Origin: Octopus vulgaris
Taxonomy: Eukaryota
Assembly: GCA_951406725.2 (NCBI GenBank)
Contig: OX597817.1
Span: forward strand, 24,304,001 to 24,368,000
Length of the DNA stretch: 64,000 bases
Reading direction: 5' to 3'
Positions 1-11,696 of this stretch are shown here, in pieces (within the stretch, counting starts at the first letter, position 1; the number at the start of each line of letters is the position of its first letter). The notes under the pieces were generated by a model, which ran no database searches, was not told the DNA's origin, and worked only from the letters and a program-made list of their open reading frames with translations. Position numbers and translations under genes: made by a program.

Positions 1-1
1 C

Positions 2-451
2 TCGCTCAGAGTAAAAGGCAGACTGTATGATGCATGTGTACGAACAGCCATGCTACATGGCAGTGAAACATGGGCCGTGACTGCTGAGGACATGCGTAAG
101 CTCACGAGAAATGAAGCTAGTATGCTCCGTTGGATGTGTAATGTCAGTGTTCATAGTCGACAGAGTGTAAGTACCTTGAGAGAAAAGTTGGACCTAAGAG
201 GCATCAGATGCTGTGTGCAAGAGAGACGATTGCGCTGGTATGGTCATGTGGCGAGAATGGATGAAGATAGGTGTGTGAAAAAGTGCCACACCCTGGCAGT
301 TGAGGGGACCTGTGGAAGAGGTAGACCCAGGAAAACCTGGGTCGAGGTGGTGAAGCACGACCTTCGAACTCTAGGTCTCACCAAGGAAATGACCAGAGAC
401 CGAGACCTATGGAAGTATGCTGTGCGTGAGAAGACCCGGCAAGACCAGTGA
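2..451 (+). mobile_element. RTE-clade non-LTR retrotransposon, C-terminal end of the RT ORF (window starts inside it)
   Basis: Open frame SLRVKGRLYDACVRTAMLHGSETW...RRLRWYGHVARM...GRGRPRKTW...DRDLWK, which are typical RTE C-terminal motifs. Stop at 449-451. Confidence 0.92.
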
Positions 452-496
452 GAACAATCAAAATCAAATCGTATATCAGAAAGCAGGGGTTAAGTG

Positions 497-1090
497 ACCC
501 ATCCGTTCGTGTCTGCTGTCAGTCTCATCTGGCACCCATGCCGGGCCGTTTGCCAGCTCTGCCTGGCCCCCGTGTCGGTGGCACGTAAAAGCACCATCCG
601 TTCATGTTCGTTGCCAGCCTCGCCTGGCCCCGTGCCGGTGACACGTAAAAGCACCGTCCGTTCATGGCCGTTTGCCAGCTCTGACTGGCCCCATGTCGGT
701 GGCATGTAAAAGCACCATCCGTTCGTGTCCGTTGCCAGCCTCGGCTGGCCCCCGTGCCGGTGACACGTAAAAGCACCGTCCGTTCATGGCCGTTTGCCAG
801 CTCTGTTTGGCAACCGTGTTGGTGGCACGTAAAAGCACCATCCGTTCGCGTCCGTTGCCAGCCTCGGCTGGCCCCCGTGCCGGTGACACGTAAAAGCACC
901 GTCCGTTTCGTGGCCATTTTCCAGCTCTGTCTGGCACCGTGTCGGTGGCACGTAAAAGCACCATCCGTTCATGTTCGTTGTCAGCCTCGGCTGGCCCCCG
1001 TGCCGGTGACACGTAAAAGCACCGTCCGTTCGTGGCCGTTCGCCAGCTCTGTCTGGCACCTGTGCAGGTGGCACGTAAAAAAAAAACACC
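497..1090 (+). repeat. Minisatellite of ~61-bp units (alternating A/B, ~123-bp dimer) within the RTE 3'UTR
   Basis: The anchor GCACGTAAAAGCACC recurs about 9 times at 59-62 bp spacing. Units alternate between ...ATCCGTTC...GCCAGCCTCGGCTGGC and ...GTCCGTTC...GCCAGCTCTGT. Confidence 0.92.
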
Positions 1091-1256
1091 CACTACACTC
1101 GCGGAGTGGTTGGCGTTAGGAAGGGCATCCAGCTGTAGAAACACTGCCAGATCTGACTGGGCCTGACGAAGCCTTCCAGCCTCACAGACCCCAGTTGACC
1201 CGTCCAACCCATGCTAGCATGGAAAGCGGACGTTAAATGATGATGATGATGATGAT
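1091..1256 (+). mobile_element. Conserved RTE 3' terminus with (GAT)n tail
   Basis: CACTACACTC...GGCGTTAGGAAGGGCATCCAGCTGTAGAAAC...CCAACCCATGCTAGCATGGAAAGCGGACGTTAAA(TGA)n. The same end recurs more than 10 times in the window. Confidence 0.9.
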
Positions 1257-1257
1257 G

Positions 1258-1329
1258 TCCCTGCCTGGAATCAATGTCGGAATCTTGCGGTTAGTAGCCC
1301 ATGCTCTTAACCACTATGCCATATGCCCA
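1258..1329 (-). mobile_element. tRNA-derived SINE head (family D), isolated
   Basis: Reverse complement GGGCATATGGCATAGTGGTTAAGAGCATGGGCTACTAACC... matches the heads at 1861 and 46219. Confidence 0.85.
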
Positions 1330-1330
1330 C

Positions 1331-1860
1331 AGTTATTCATATAGTGAGGTTATTTACAGCATAAAAGTGGTTCTGTTGCACATTGGGAACACATGCCTTC
1401 TGTTCCAATTGCTCACTCAGTCATTTTAAGAGAGACATATGTGAACCTCACTTTTATTCTAAACTGCATAAGTTACAAGGAGCATGAGTGGCTAATTTGT
1501 GGACTTGAAAGTAGTCGCCCTACTTAATGGGCTACAAACTGGATATATCAAGTCTATGTGCTTCCTTTGCAAGTAGGACAACAGGGCCAGATCAGAACAT
1601 TATGTATGCTCAGAATGGCCAACTCAAGAAACTATGACACCTGGATGCCTTAATGTAAATCATGAGCCTCTAGTTAAGGAGAAAATCATTTTTCCACCAC
1701 TGCACATAAAACTAGGCCTAATGAAGCAATTTACCAAAACACTGCAACATAACAAGCCATGTTTCCAGTACCTCAAGGCGATCTTCCCTAAAATAAGTGA
1801 TGCCAAGATCAGAAAGGGGATATTTGTAGGCCCTCAGATTCATCAACTTATAGCTGATGA
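1331..1860 (+). pseudogene. CMC/Chapaev3-like transposase fragment (frameshifted, with stops)
   Basis: Translates to KVVLLHIGN.PSVPIAHSVILRETY...CFLCK*D.RAR..HY...WP...IFPPLHIKLGLMKQF...FPKISDAKIRKGIFVGPQI, motifs I recognise from Chapaev3-type transposases. Confidence 0.8.
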
Positions 1861-1931
1861 GGACATATGGTGTAGTGGTTAAGAGCATGGGCTTCTAACC
1901 CCAAGATTCTGAGTTCGATTCCAGGCAGTGG

Positions 1932-1981
<50 letters not shown>

Positions 1982-2165
1982 TTGAAAAATACCTTAGGAA
2001 CCCAGGTTCGAAATTTCTCCAAGACACCTGATGAAGGCTGGAGGGTGTATCAGCCGAAACATTGTGTTAACAACAAACAAGTTGAGGACGAATATCCGTC
2101 AAATGTATTTGTAAATAATGTACATAATGTACATAATTCCTCATCTTTAAAATATAGAACTGAAA
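1861..2165 (+). mobile_element. SINE family D: tRNA head + (AAT)n + hammerhead motif + AT-rich tail
   Basis: A box TGGTGTAGTGG, B box GTTCGATTCC, (AAT)n at ~1936-1980. A second copy lies at 46219-46485. Confidence 0.85.
2024..2067 (+). ncRNA. Minimal type I hammerhead ribozyme motif
   Basis: ACAC-CTGATGA-A-GGCTG(10-nt loop)CAGCC-GAAAC-ATT-GTGT. Stem I ACAC/GTGT, stem II GGCTG/CAGCC. The other copy has GTT at the cleavage triplet. Confidence 0.75.
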
Positions 2166-3009
2166 ATTAAATAGAATTAAGAACATGAGAGAGAGAGAGA
2201 CAAAGACAGAAAGAAAGAAAGAAGCAAACAAACAAACAAACAATGAAAGAAAGAAGAGAAGAGGAAGAGATAATGCATGGTAGTGTTGAAGATTGCTGCA
2301 AAGTGTTTCAATCTGAAGTATCATGAAATTAGCAGCATTCGTCTATTTAACATTTTCTTGCTGCTGTAGCAAGAAATAGGCAAATTGTAGAAGTGGCAAT
2401 GCTAAAGATTTGACTGTAATAAACTTGGCACATAATCTAATGAGATAAATCTTGACAGAGGCCTAAGTCTGAGAGAACAATCAAATTGGTGTCTTGATTT
2501 ATGCATTTAGTGCAGATGCAGACAGTGAAACATTCCATTGTGAATGAAATAACAACCTAAATATGCCAAATATCTTGGTAATTAAAAGGAAATATACAGC
2601 AGAAACTGATGAATAGTGAAGAAAGCCTTCTGCTCTTATTATTATTATTTCTGAAACTATCAACATTATTATTGTTGGTAATAATGTTTTGTTTCTTAGG
2701 CATAGTGGATTGGCAGAAATGGAAGAGGGCCTCATTAGTATTTAGTTCCCTTCCTCTATGAACTAAATACAAATCTCATTGTGGTCAACTTTGAAACTTT
2801 GACTTCCATCCCTTTTCATAGAGATAAATCAAGAACTCTTCATATCATTATACTGATTCAATTGAATATATTCTATTCAAGATGCTTGTGCATTCTTGTA
2901 CCAAAATCAGAAATCGGTATTAATATTTTGTACCATTACCATCATTTTCCTAATCCAACATGTAATCATTGCCATAATATTATATCAGCATTTCAAGACT
3001 TGCATGGTT

Positions 3010-3500
3010 CAGACATGTCTTCTCTGTAATGGTGTGTGACCATTTGTAGTGGTTCTTTACCATCTACTTTGAAAGGCTCAGAATTTTGAGATCATTTTTC
3101 ACCATTTCTTTCCATGTCTTCTCCCATCTTATACTTTTCTTGGCTCCTTCCACTTAGATCCCTTGTCCTTTTCTCTCTAATTGCCATTCACTATATTCAT
3201 TACATGTCTATGCCAGAGTAGCCTTCACCTGTGAATCCAGCATCTGATTATTTTATACCAAATCTTTTTCCTCAGTTCATTTGTGCTCTATTGTCTATGC
3301 ACTCTAACATTACACAGCCAGCAGAAAATGCTGCTTACCTCATTTCTTCCCAGCCTTTGCATATCCTCATTTAATTCCCATGATATGCTATTACGCAGTA
3401 TTACACTTTGTACTCAAACAACCACAAAAAAATATAGCTGCCTTTGGTGTCTGTTCATTTGGTTTGGCTGTTTGCGTGAGATGTTTTTAAGGATGTCTGA
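3010..3500 (-). mobile_element. Old, decayed RTE-like LINE 3' fragment
   Basis: Minus strand gives RLLWHRHVMN-like residues at ~3185-3225, plus purine-rich RTE-like C-terminal sequence. Boundaries are approximate. Confidence 0.45.
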
Positions 3501-3852
3501 GAACAGTTCTATCAGACATCCAAGCAGTTACATCAAGCATCAGATAATTTTTTTTCAAACACATAGACAGTATCAAACACAGTTGTATCAAACACCAGAA
3601 CAGCTATAACTAACACTTAAACTTACAAGCAGTTGTAGAAAAGTAACTAAGTAGCTGCATCAAGCACTTAGTTCTGTTCAAAATTCCAATCAAGAATAAC
3701 ACCACCACCTTCCATAAATATAATTAGATCTGTGTATTATCAAATTGAAGAAGATGAAGGATGTATTTTTTTAAGGACAGAAAATTTATCAACAGATATA
3801 GGTCTTCTGTTTCTTTTACCCTTGCAATTACTCAATGGTATTTGTGTGATGG

Positions 3853-4070
3853 CAGAAACGTTAGCACGCTGGGCGAAATGCATAGCCGTATTTCGTCTGC
3901 CGTTACGTTGTGAGTTCAAATTCCGCCAACGTCGACTTTGCCTTTCATCCTTTCGGGGTCGATAAATTAAGTACCAGTTACGCACTGGGGTAGATAGAAT
4001 TGACTTAATCCGTTTGTCTGTCCTTGTTTGTCTCCTCTGTGTTTAGCCCCTTGTGGGTAATAAAGAAATA
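3853..4070 (+). mobile_element. SINE family A (tRNA-like head, GCCTTTCATCCTTTCGGGGTCGATAAA core resembling the Meta/MESC domain)
   Basis: 16-bp TSD GGTATTTGTGTGATGG at 3837-3852 and 4071-4086. At least 7 further copies are in the window. Confidence 0.9.
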
Positions 4071-5033
4071 GGTATTTGTGTGATGGTAGTTACTCTACAA
4101 TGTCTTAGTAAACCGACAAAAAGGAGATTCCTTGACTTTTCCATGTGTCAAATATATGTGGTCTAATATTTTCATGAGTGACAGGAAAGTGGGATGTGAT
4201 ATTCATGTATTTCTCAAATGATATTAGCAACACAAGTGAAAGGAAATTATTCTAGCTGGAATCAAATTCTTAATTTGCTATTTCTGAACATTAAATTTTC
4301 TGATCTAAAACCAATAAGCCATATCTGTTCTTTGAGAATACGTTTTTACCAATAAATCCTTGTCAATAGGAATCTATAAATATTTCAATGCATTTTGTCA
4401 GAGATGTTGCTTTTCTCTCATTTCTTGATTTTTAGATCAAGGTTAACTTTGATCCAATAAAGCTATAATCAAGGCATCCCATCACGGCTATCTTATCATT
4501 TTAGAGTTATGTATAACATTATCTAACGTATCCTTTATTTATGAACAGAAGATATGAAATGGAGTGATTTGTCTCCTATTTCTAACAAATCAACCAGCCA
4601 CATAGATATGCCCACCTTGGCTCTATATGCTCTTAACTATTTCCATAGTATATGATGAAGGCATATCTCTTTTCATAGTCTCACATAAAAATTTAAGACA
4701 CTGAAACTTAATATAAACTGAAAGATGTTGGATATTTATCTAATACATATGTACCATTTTAATTTCTCAAGTTCTATCACACATTGTTCCCAATTTTGGT
4801 TTAGGGAACAAGAAGCTCTACGTTTGCTCGACAGGTGAAAACTACTAAGTTTGTTTTCTAATCCTGAATTCTTTAATTGGCCTCACCATTTCATTCTTTA
4901 CTATGAAAAAAATAAACAAATTGATAAACCTTTCAAACTTACATGCTTCAACTGAGTGAAGATTTACAAATTTAGTACAACCTGGTACAAGCCTCCATCT
5001 CTCTTCTCCTTTTGTTACCCATAGAGTCTAACC

Positions 5034-5252
5034 CAGTGCTTTTCAAACTTTTTGCTGGAGCAGAACCCCAAGGAAACATTCCACTGGCTCAGGAAACCCC
5101 TGTGCAATAATTTAATAGTCTTATGCACACATGTCTGCATAGGAAAATTAAAAATTACTGCCGATTTTAGCAGTTTTGTAACTTCTTGTGGAACCCCTGG
5201 ACTGTACTGGCAGAACCCTAAGGTTCCGCGGAACCCTGGTTGAAAACCACTG
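5034..5252. mobile_element. hAT (Charlie-type) MITE
   Basis: TIRs CAGTGCTTTTCAA / TTGAAAACCACTG and an exact 8-bp TSD GTCTAACC at 5026-5033 and 5253-5260. Confidence 0.92.
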
Positions 5253-6630
5253 GTCTAACCTATGCCCATCCCAGACCAGTCTACTAACCACCACCAAACT
5301 TTTACCCATATGTTCATACAATTGTTCAAGTAAAACATCACATCAAGCTCACAAATCTCAGAGAGCTCATGAAGGTTAATTCATGATCAGATCATGAGAG
5401 AAAAAAAATCTATTCCTCCCTGTTATTGTTAAGCTGTTCTGTGGCAGCTTAAAAACCAATGATAAGTCAACTCCTGTAGTATAAAAGTTATCAATCTCTT
5501 CAGTTATTCGTAACCCAAGCAGTGGAAACTGTCATTTTTTGTAATCCATCAAACATAATTATCTCTATCTCTCTCTCCTTCTCCCCCTCTCTCTCTCTCA
5601 GTTACTTATAGTATGACTCTTTCAAAAGTAATATCATCATAACATCACTGAAAATTTTTTGTCAGTTATAGAAAGGATGAAATAACTTTTTTAGTACTAA
5701 CATAGGTATGCAACTGAGCTGTAGGTAGGCACTTATACACAGAAAAATTAGGATTCTTTATTTAACAAATTCATACGCATGAAACTTATATAAAATTTCT
5801 TATTTGGTCTTAAGTCTTAGAATGTTTTCCTTAAGCTTTAAGAGATATTCACAAAAGGCAGTTTCAAAATTAAATGTGTGTGAAACTTAACCTTTTAGTG
5901 AAGATTTTTACCATCTCCAAACTAATGACACTAAAATTAGCAATGCTAAAATCTAAACCATGTCAGCAGAAGTACCTACAATGTCATGCCATGTAATATA
6001 TCTAAAGTAAGTGAACAATGCCCATAGTCTAAAGTCATGTCAGGTTTTGAGCATAACATCACAAAATTGACGAAAATATCAGTAGTACAATTATACTTTG
6101 CAAAGCAACATTTCCCTTGCAACCAAGTTATAGCTGGGTGAACTGAGGATTTGAACTAGATTTACCTGGTATATACAACTCTGCTTCAACCAGTCTAGCT
6201 TGTGAATTGTTGATCTAGTAACAAATTTCAATAATCAATTTATCAACTAGCAGTTCTTTGTCATTCAAAAATAACTTTTCTACCATTTCATCCTTTTTCT
6301 TTTCATCATCACACAATCAGATTTTTGTTACTCTTGGAACCCCTTATGAAAAGCCACCCTTGTGAATAACAGATTGTCACTGTATTTCTCAGCAGTGGGG
6401 ATACACTTTTCTTTATGCTTTTTTGATAAAATATGTCGGGAAAATTTTACATCCAGCCTCGTGGTAAAAGTAACATATTTTATCAGCCAATTTTAACCCC
6501 ATAGGTAGATTAACTATGCTAAACGTATAGTGTTTAACAAAAGGAAAAAGATGCAGACAACAAGAAATCAACAGAATCTTTATATATCAGTAAGCCACTA
6601 AAAGGATTTTGATTTTTGGGTTTATCTTAT

Positions 6631-6858
6631 TACTTTATCGCCTACAAGGGGCTAAACATAGAGGGGACAAACAAGGATAGACAAAGGAATTAAGTTGATT
6701 ACATAGACCCCAGTGCATAACTGGCACTTAATTTATTGACCCTGAAAGGATGACAGGCAAAGTCGACCTCGGCAGAATTTGAACTCAGAACGTAACGGAA
6801 GACAAAATACCGCTAAGCATTTTGCTCGGCGTGCTAGCGTTTCTGCCAGCTCGCCACC
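6631..6858 (-). mobile_element. SINE family A
   Basis: 18-bp TSD TTTTTGGGTTTATCTTAT at 6613-6630 and 6859-6876. Confidence 0.9.
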
Positions 6859-7665
6859 TTTTTGGGTTTATCTTATCTTCAAAATTCTCAAATCAAAATT
6901 GGGGCTGTGTCTTTAAGGTCAAAGAATCTTTGATATTGGAAAATATAGTATATATTTTACAAGTTCTAGAAGTTTGCAGAATCTATTTTTGTGGGGTGGA
7001 GGCAGAAGGTGATGGAGAGTCATCTGCATTTGTTATTTTTCGCTTTTAGCTTTACACAAACAGGGAATAAAATTGTTTTCTAAAAAAGAAATAGTGCAAT
7101 TTGGTATTTGTACTGAAATTCTATTTCAAGATATTCTTCCAGTAGCACACAATTAGAAATGTCAGACAAGGTCAAGCAGAGTTTATAAAAAGATATCATT
7201 TTATCATCACCAAACAGCTGACTCAAGTGTTTAGTTAGTTTGTAAACAAGTTTATTGGTTATAGAATGAGAAAGAAAAAAAATTGAAATAGTCACCAAAA
7301 TAAAAAAAAATGAAAAAAACATTATTTGTAAGGTGTATTTGAAATGAAAACATTTCAAAGTATTTTGCTTTACTTTCATACTGAGTTCTGAGTTTATATT
7401 CTACATTTGCTGAAGATTATCAAATGCTTTTTGGGGAGGTGTTATTACTAAGTGAATAAGTTAATAGTTTGTTTCCATACATGCACTGAAGCACAACTGC
7501 AACATAATGAAAAAATCTTGAAATTATCTGATCAATTTAACAGTTTAGCATACAAAGAAACATTCACTTATCTAATGGTATATAAAATAAACTCAAAGTA
7601 CCACACTGCAAATCACACAACTAACTAATACATGTAGTTTAGTTTACAACCAAAATGAAACACTA

Positions 7666-7917
7666 AATTTCGTTTTTGGATTGGTTTGCAAGATTCTTTA
7701 TATGAGTTCGTGTGTTGAAGCATATTCTGTTGTGTCTGGGGAGAGTCATTCTCTTTTAGTGCCTTATTATTTAACACACAATAGTCAAGACTATTGAAAT
7801 GTTGTAACACGCAATGAAAATTTTAGAAAATAAAAATAAGAAATAAGTGGAAATTTTACTGGTGAGTGTATCAAATAATAAGGCACTAAAAGAGAATGAC
7901 TCTCCCCAGACACAACA
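7666..7917. mobile_element. Fold-back element family F (PLE pseudo-LTR-like), copy 1
   Basis: Inverted arms TTCTGTTGTGTCTGGGGAGAGTCATTCTCTTTTAGTGCCTTATTA / reverse complement. 9-bp TSD GAAACACTA at 7657-7665 and 7918-7926. Confidence 0.8.
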
Positions 7918-8324
7918 GAAACACTATATACTTTCCGTGTATGCTGTAAGTTTAATACTTGTTTAGGGGTTTCTAGTTTATGGAGGTTTCTTGCATTTAT
8001 GTGTGTGTATGTGATATCAGAGAGCTCTTCAGTGCTACAGGTAACATGCAAGCCAGTACAGCCTGCTGTATAGTTGGGCTATTAGAGACTATGTATGTAA
8101 GTATTTATGTATGCAACACACACACAAATGCAGTAATCCTTGCCATATTATGGTTCAGCAATTGCAGTTCATCTATCACGGTTTATTATTTAAGCTTACA
8201 TCGATTCCTCCATGGTGTTGTTTTGCTTTTATGATAAAATAAATATATACAAATTATAAAAATAATTTTTTTTAAATATGTAGTACAGTACTGTTTCTAC
8301 TTTGTGGATTTTCACCTATCATGG

Positions 8325-8900
8325 GGAGAAATCAGATGTGGTGTGCAAGAGAGACGACTGCGTTGGTATGGTCATATGATGCATATGGACGAGGACAGCT
8401 GTGTAAAGAAGTGCCGATTTCTAACTGTGAAGGGAACCTATGGTAGAGGTAGACACAGGAAGACATGGGACAAGGTGGTGAAGCATGATCTTCAAACTGG
8501 TAACTGAGACCTTTGGCAATGTGCTGCTCTTGAGAGGGCCCATCAAGCCAAGTGCACCCACGCTGGTGGTACATAAAGAACATCTTTTGAACGTTGGGTC
8601 TCACAGAAGCAAAGTGGTTGAGTTCCTTTCAAACTCTGGGCCCCACAGAGGCAAAGTAGCTGAGTTCCTTTTGAGTGTTGTGCCTCACAAAGGCAATGAC
8701 CAAATCCTTTTGGCATTATGTTGTGCTTGAGAGGAAAACCCATAAAGCTGAGAAAAATTGCAGTCATAGCAGATACCGGTGTCATGCAAATCGGCATCCA
8801 TGCCAGTAGCACATAAATGCACCCTGGTGTCATGCAAATGCACCCGTGCTAGTAAAGCACCCATAACATTCTCTGAATAATTGGTGTTGGGAAGGGCATA
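8325..8900 (+). mobile_element. Decayed RTE 3' end (ORF tail + 3'UTR)
   Basis: IRCGVQERRLRWYGHMMHMDEDSCVKKC...GRGRHRKTW is homologous to the 2-451 ORF. Confidence 0.85.
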
Positions 8901-9615
8901 GAAGTAAGGACCCACTTGATTATTCATGTCTTAAATATTCTTATATTTATGTGTATTCTTATAATTATCTCTATTCTGTTTTTTATTTTATCCTTTTGTT
9001 TTACTGGTCTTGTAATTTATTGATAGTCCTAATGGACCTGAAGAGCACCATTGTTTTAAACTGTTAACTGACCAATTAGGTTGTAGGTTTGACTTTGACC
9101 TCCCACTGTTATGCATAGGAGTATTGGGATTAGTTTATGGCCAAAAAGTAACAAATATTAACATCACACTGAAGTTTTACCCAGATTTTCTTTCCTTAAT
9201 GTACTTATATATTAATTTTCCCCTCACAGTTTCAATTTAAGTTATTTCTGCCAACTCCCTGCATAATGCTATATCTATTAAATAGCATGTAGCCTCTAAC
9301 CTCTGACCCCTGTAGCATGGACCATACCATAAAACTCACCACATAGCATAATACCTTCACTATATCCCTCAGTATAATAGAAATATGATGTAAACCACAG
9401 CCTATGGATATATCTCCTGAGAGTGACTTTACTTATTTACTTACTACAAGGATGGAATAGCATGGATTATAATAACATCTTAAAATGAAGTTTTCACTTT
9501 TCCTAATCCTGTCTATTACATCTTTCATTTTTATTTATTCTATTCTCTTATCTTATTTTACCCTATTCTATTATTCTAATTGAATTTCCCACATCTTAGT
9601 TTCCTAACAGTTGTA

Positions 9616-9747
9616 CTCTCTGAAGAAGCCTTCAGGCTCAACCATTATCCAATCTCTGTCCAATGTTTGTTCACCCCGGTATATCACTGATGTGATGAGG
9701 ATGACTTGGAAGATTGTGAGGCCCCATGGTAGAAACGGCTGTAAGGG
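9616..9747 (+). ncRNA. Hammerhead-like motif with a ~105-nt domain II, in a probable PLE terminal repeat
   Basis: CTCT-CTGAAGA-AGCC...GGTA-GAAAC-GGCT-GTA-AGGG. Stem I CTCT/AGGG, stem III AC/GT, GUA triplet. Confidence 0.55.
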
Positions 9748-9938
9748 ATTTGTATCTGTACACTCATCTATTATTATTCATTCATCTCTCTATATATATC
9801 TATTTATGTATTTATTGGCTGATCTCATCCGTTTACTTGTACCACTTACACACATTTCTTATTTCATAAATAGATATAATGGAATGTTTACTGGCTGATG
9901 TTTGTCGATTTTATATCCTCTCCATTTTCTTATTTGCC

Positions 9939-9985
9939 ATATATATATATATATATACAATGCTTCAAGTGAACTACAATACTCT

Positions 9986-10031
<46 letters not shown>

Positions 10032-10299
10032 TAGATACACATACACACACAAATATATATATGCATACATACATACATATATATATATACACATACATAT
10101 ATATATATGCATACATACATACCATACATATATATATACATACACATACATATATATATATATATATACACATACATACACACACATATACATACACTCA
10201 TATACACACACATATATATATAAGCATACATACAAAAATACATATGTAAGACGGTGGTGGTGGCAATAATGATGATTATATGATATATATATATTACAC

Positions 10300-10334
<35 letters not shown>

Positions 10335-10337
10335 TAC
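9939..10337. repeat. Compound (TA)n/(CA)n/(TACA)n microsatellite
   Basis: Direct reading. Similar blocks occur at ~14540-14900, 25440-25590, 42270-43040, 51360-52180 and 54135-54360. Confidence 0.95.
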
Positions 10338-11383
10338 AGTTGTGTTATGGAAATGTTTGCTTCCCAAATGTAGTTTTAAGTTCTGTCCCTCTGATACAGT
10401 CCCTAAGCTTGCCAGCCCTGGTCAAACCATCCAACTCGTGCAAGCATGGACAACAGACATTAAATGATGAAGATGATAACGATGATAATGTTGATGATAA
10501 TGGGGATGACGATGATGATGATGATGAAAATTATGATGATGAAACTGATGATGATGATATTTTCTGTTTTCTAATAGCTGTATAGCATGACAAGATTCAT
10601 TTAGTTATGAATCTTAATAGTAATATCTGCATATTGTCATGTTAAACAAATGCGCCTATAGAAATTTAATGTTTCAAATATTAAGTAATACCAGAACCAG
10701 AAACAGCTACAAGGCCATTAAATCAGAACAGAGTAAATTAATTTTGGCTCATGGAAATAGATTCTCTTAAATAACACCCCACAAAAGTTAAGAAGACATA
10801 TGAAATTTATATGAATTAAAAGTACTGGATAATTTGCAATAATCTAATAATTTCTATATCTTAAGCATTTTACTTTATCTACCTTACAATCATTCTGCAT
10901 TACTATTTTATGCATCAGTCAAATTAAATGGACAACTCTTATTTATATTCTAGTTACAGGAAAGTTGTCCGTTTAATTCAAGCTATTTGTTACAATAATT
11001 CATATGAATTGTGAATGAATGAGCTTGAAATATATAGTAAATATCACAAACTACTGGGATCAGGGATGGCACTAATATGGATTGAACAATTAAGAAACAA
11101 GCATTTCCATATAGCGTTAAATGAGATCTTAAGTAATTATCATTCGAATCAGAAAATCAACCGTCACATGTGTACATACACACATATAGATATATACACA
11201 TACATGTTTGTATGTATTTATACATACATGCATGCATACATACATGCATGCATGCATACAAATATACGTACATACATACATGCATATATACATACATACA
11301 TGTATACACTGATTCAATAACTACAGGTCCAAGTCATGAGTGGAACTGTAAAAATCTGTAAAACTTTCTAGAAGTTTATCATT

Positions 11384-11608
11384 TAAGTATATATGAGCAT
11401 ATCTAGACATGCAGCTGTATGCATGAGTATACGTACATAAAGCAAAATATACAAATCTGCACATATACATACATACATACATGCATACAAAAATATCCTG
11501 TTTATGTTGTTGAAATTCCAATGAAGATACCTTGGATCTAGGTTAGAAACCGGCTCTTTCTCTATCGGCATAAAATCTTGAAATAAAACTGAATAATAAC
11601 ATACATAG
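11384..11608 (+). mobile_element. Interspersed repeat with a degenerate HHR-like motif (PLE-terminus-like); second copy at 50210-50458 on the - strand
   Basis: Shared GTTGAAATTCCAATGAAG..ACCTTGGATCTAGGTTAGAAAC.GG.TCTTTCTCTAT. Stem ACCT/AGGT precedes GAAA. Confidence 0.6.
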
Positions 11609-11696
11609 CAATTGTCTCCACCAATAAAACTACCACAATCATCATCCACATTGCCATCATATTTATATGAAATTTATATACTCACAGAATCATATA

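Noticed and set aside
497-1090. CRISPR-like array (regular ~61-bp period, palindromic repeats)
   Set aside because: The 'spacers' are themselves repeated, the array sits in a eukaryotic LINE 3'UTR, and there are no cas genes. It is a minisatellite.
490-1207. Multiple overlapping 70-180-aa ORFs
   Set aside because: By-products of the GC-rich tandem repeat.
1861-1930. tRNA gene (also heads at 18575-18648 and 46219)
   Set aside because: A and B boxes are present, but there is no proper acceptor stem and each head continues into a repeated SINE body.
2605-2625. CTGATGA...GAAA motif (similar partial hit at 24127)
   Set aside because: No stem II or stem I pairing; likely chance.
9859-10333. YI/HT/CV-rich ORFs (also at 14546, 42188, 51630, 54062 and others)
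   Set aside because: Translations of (TA)n/(CA)n microsatellites.
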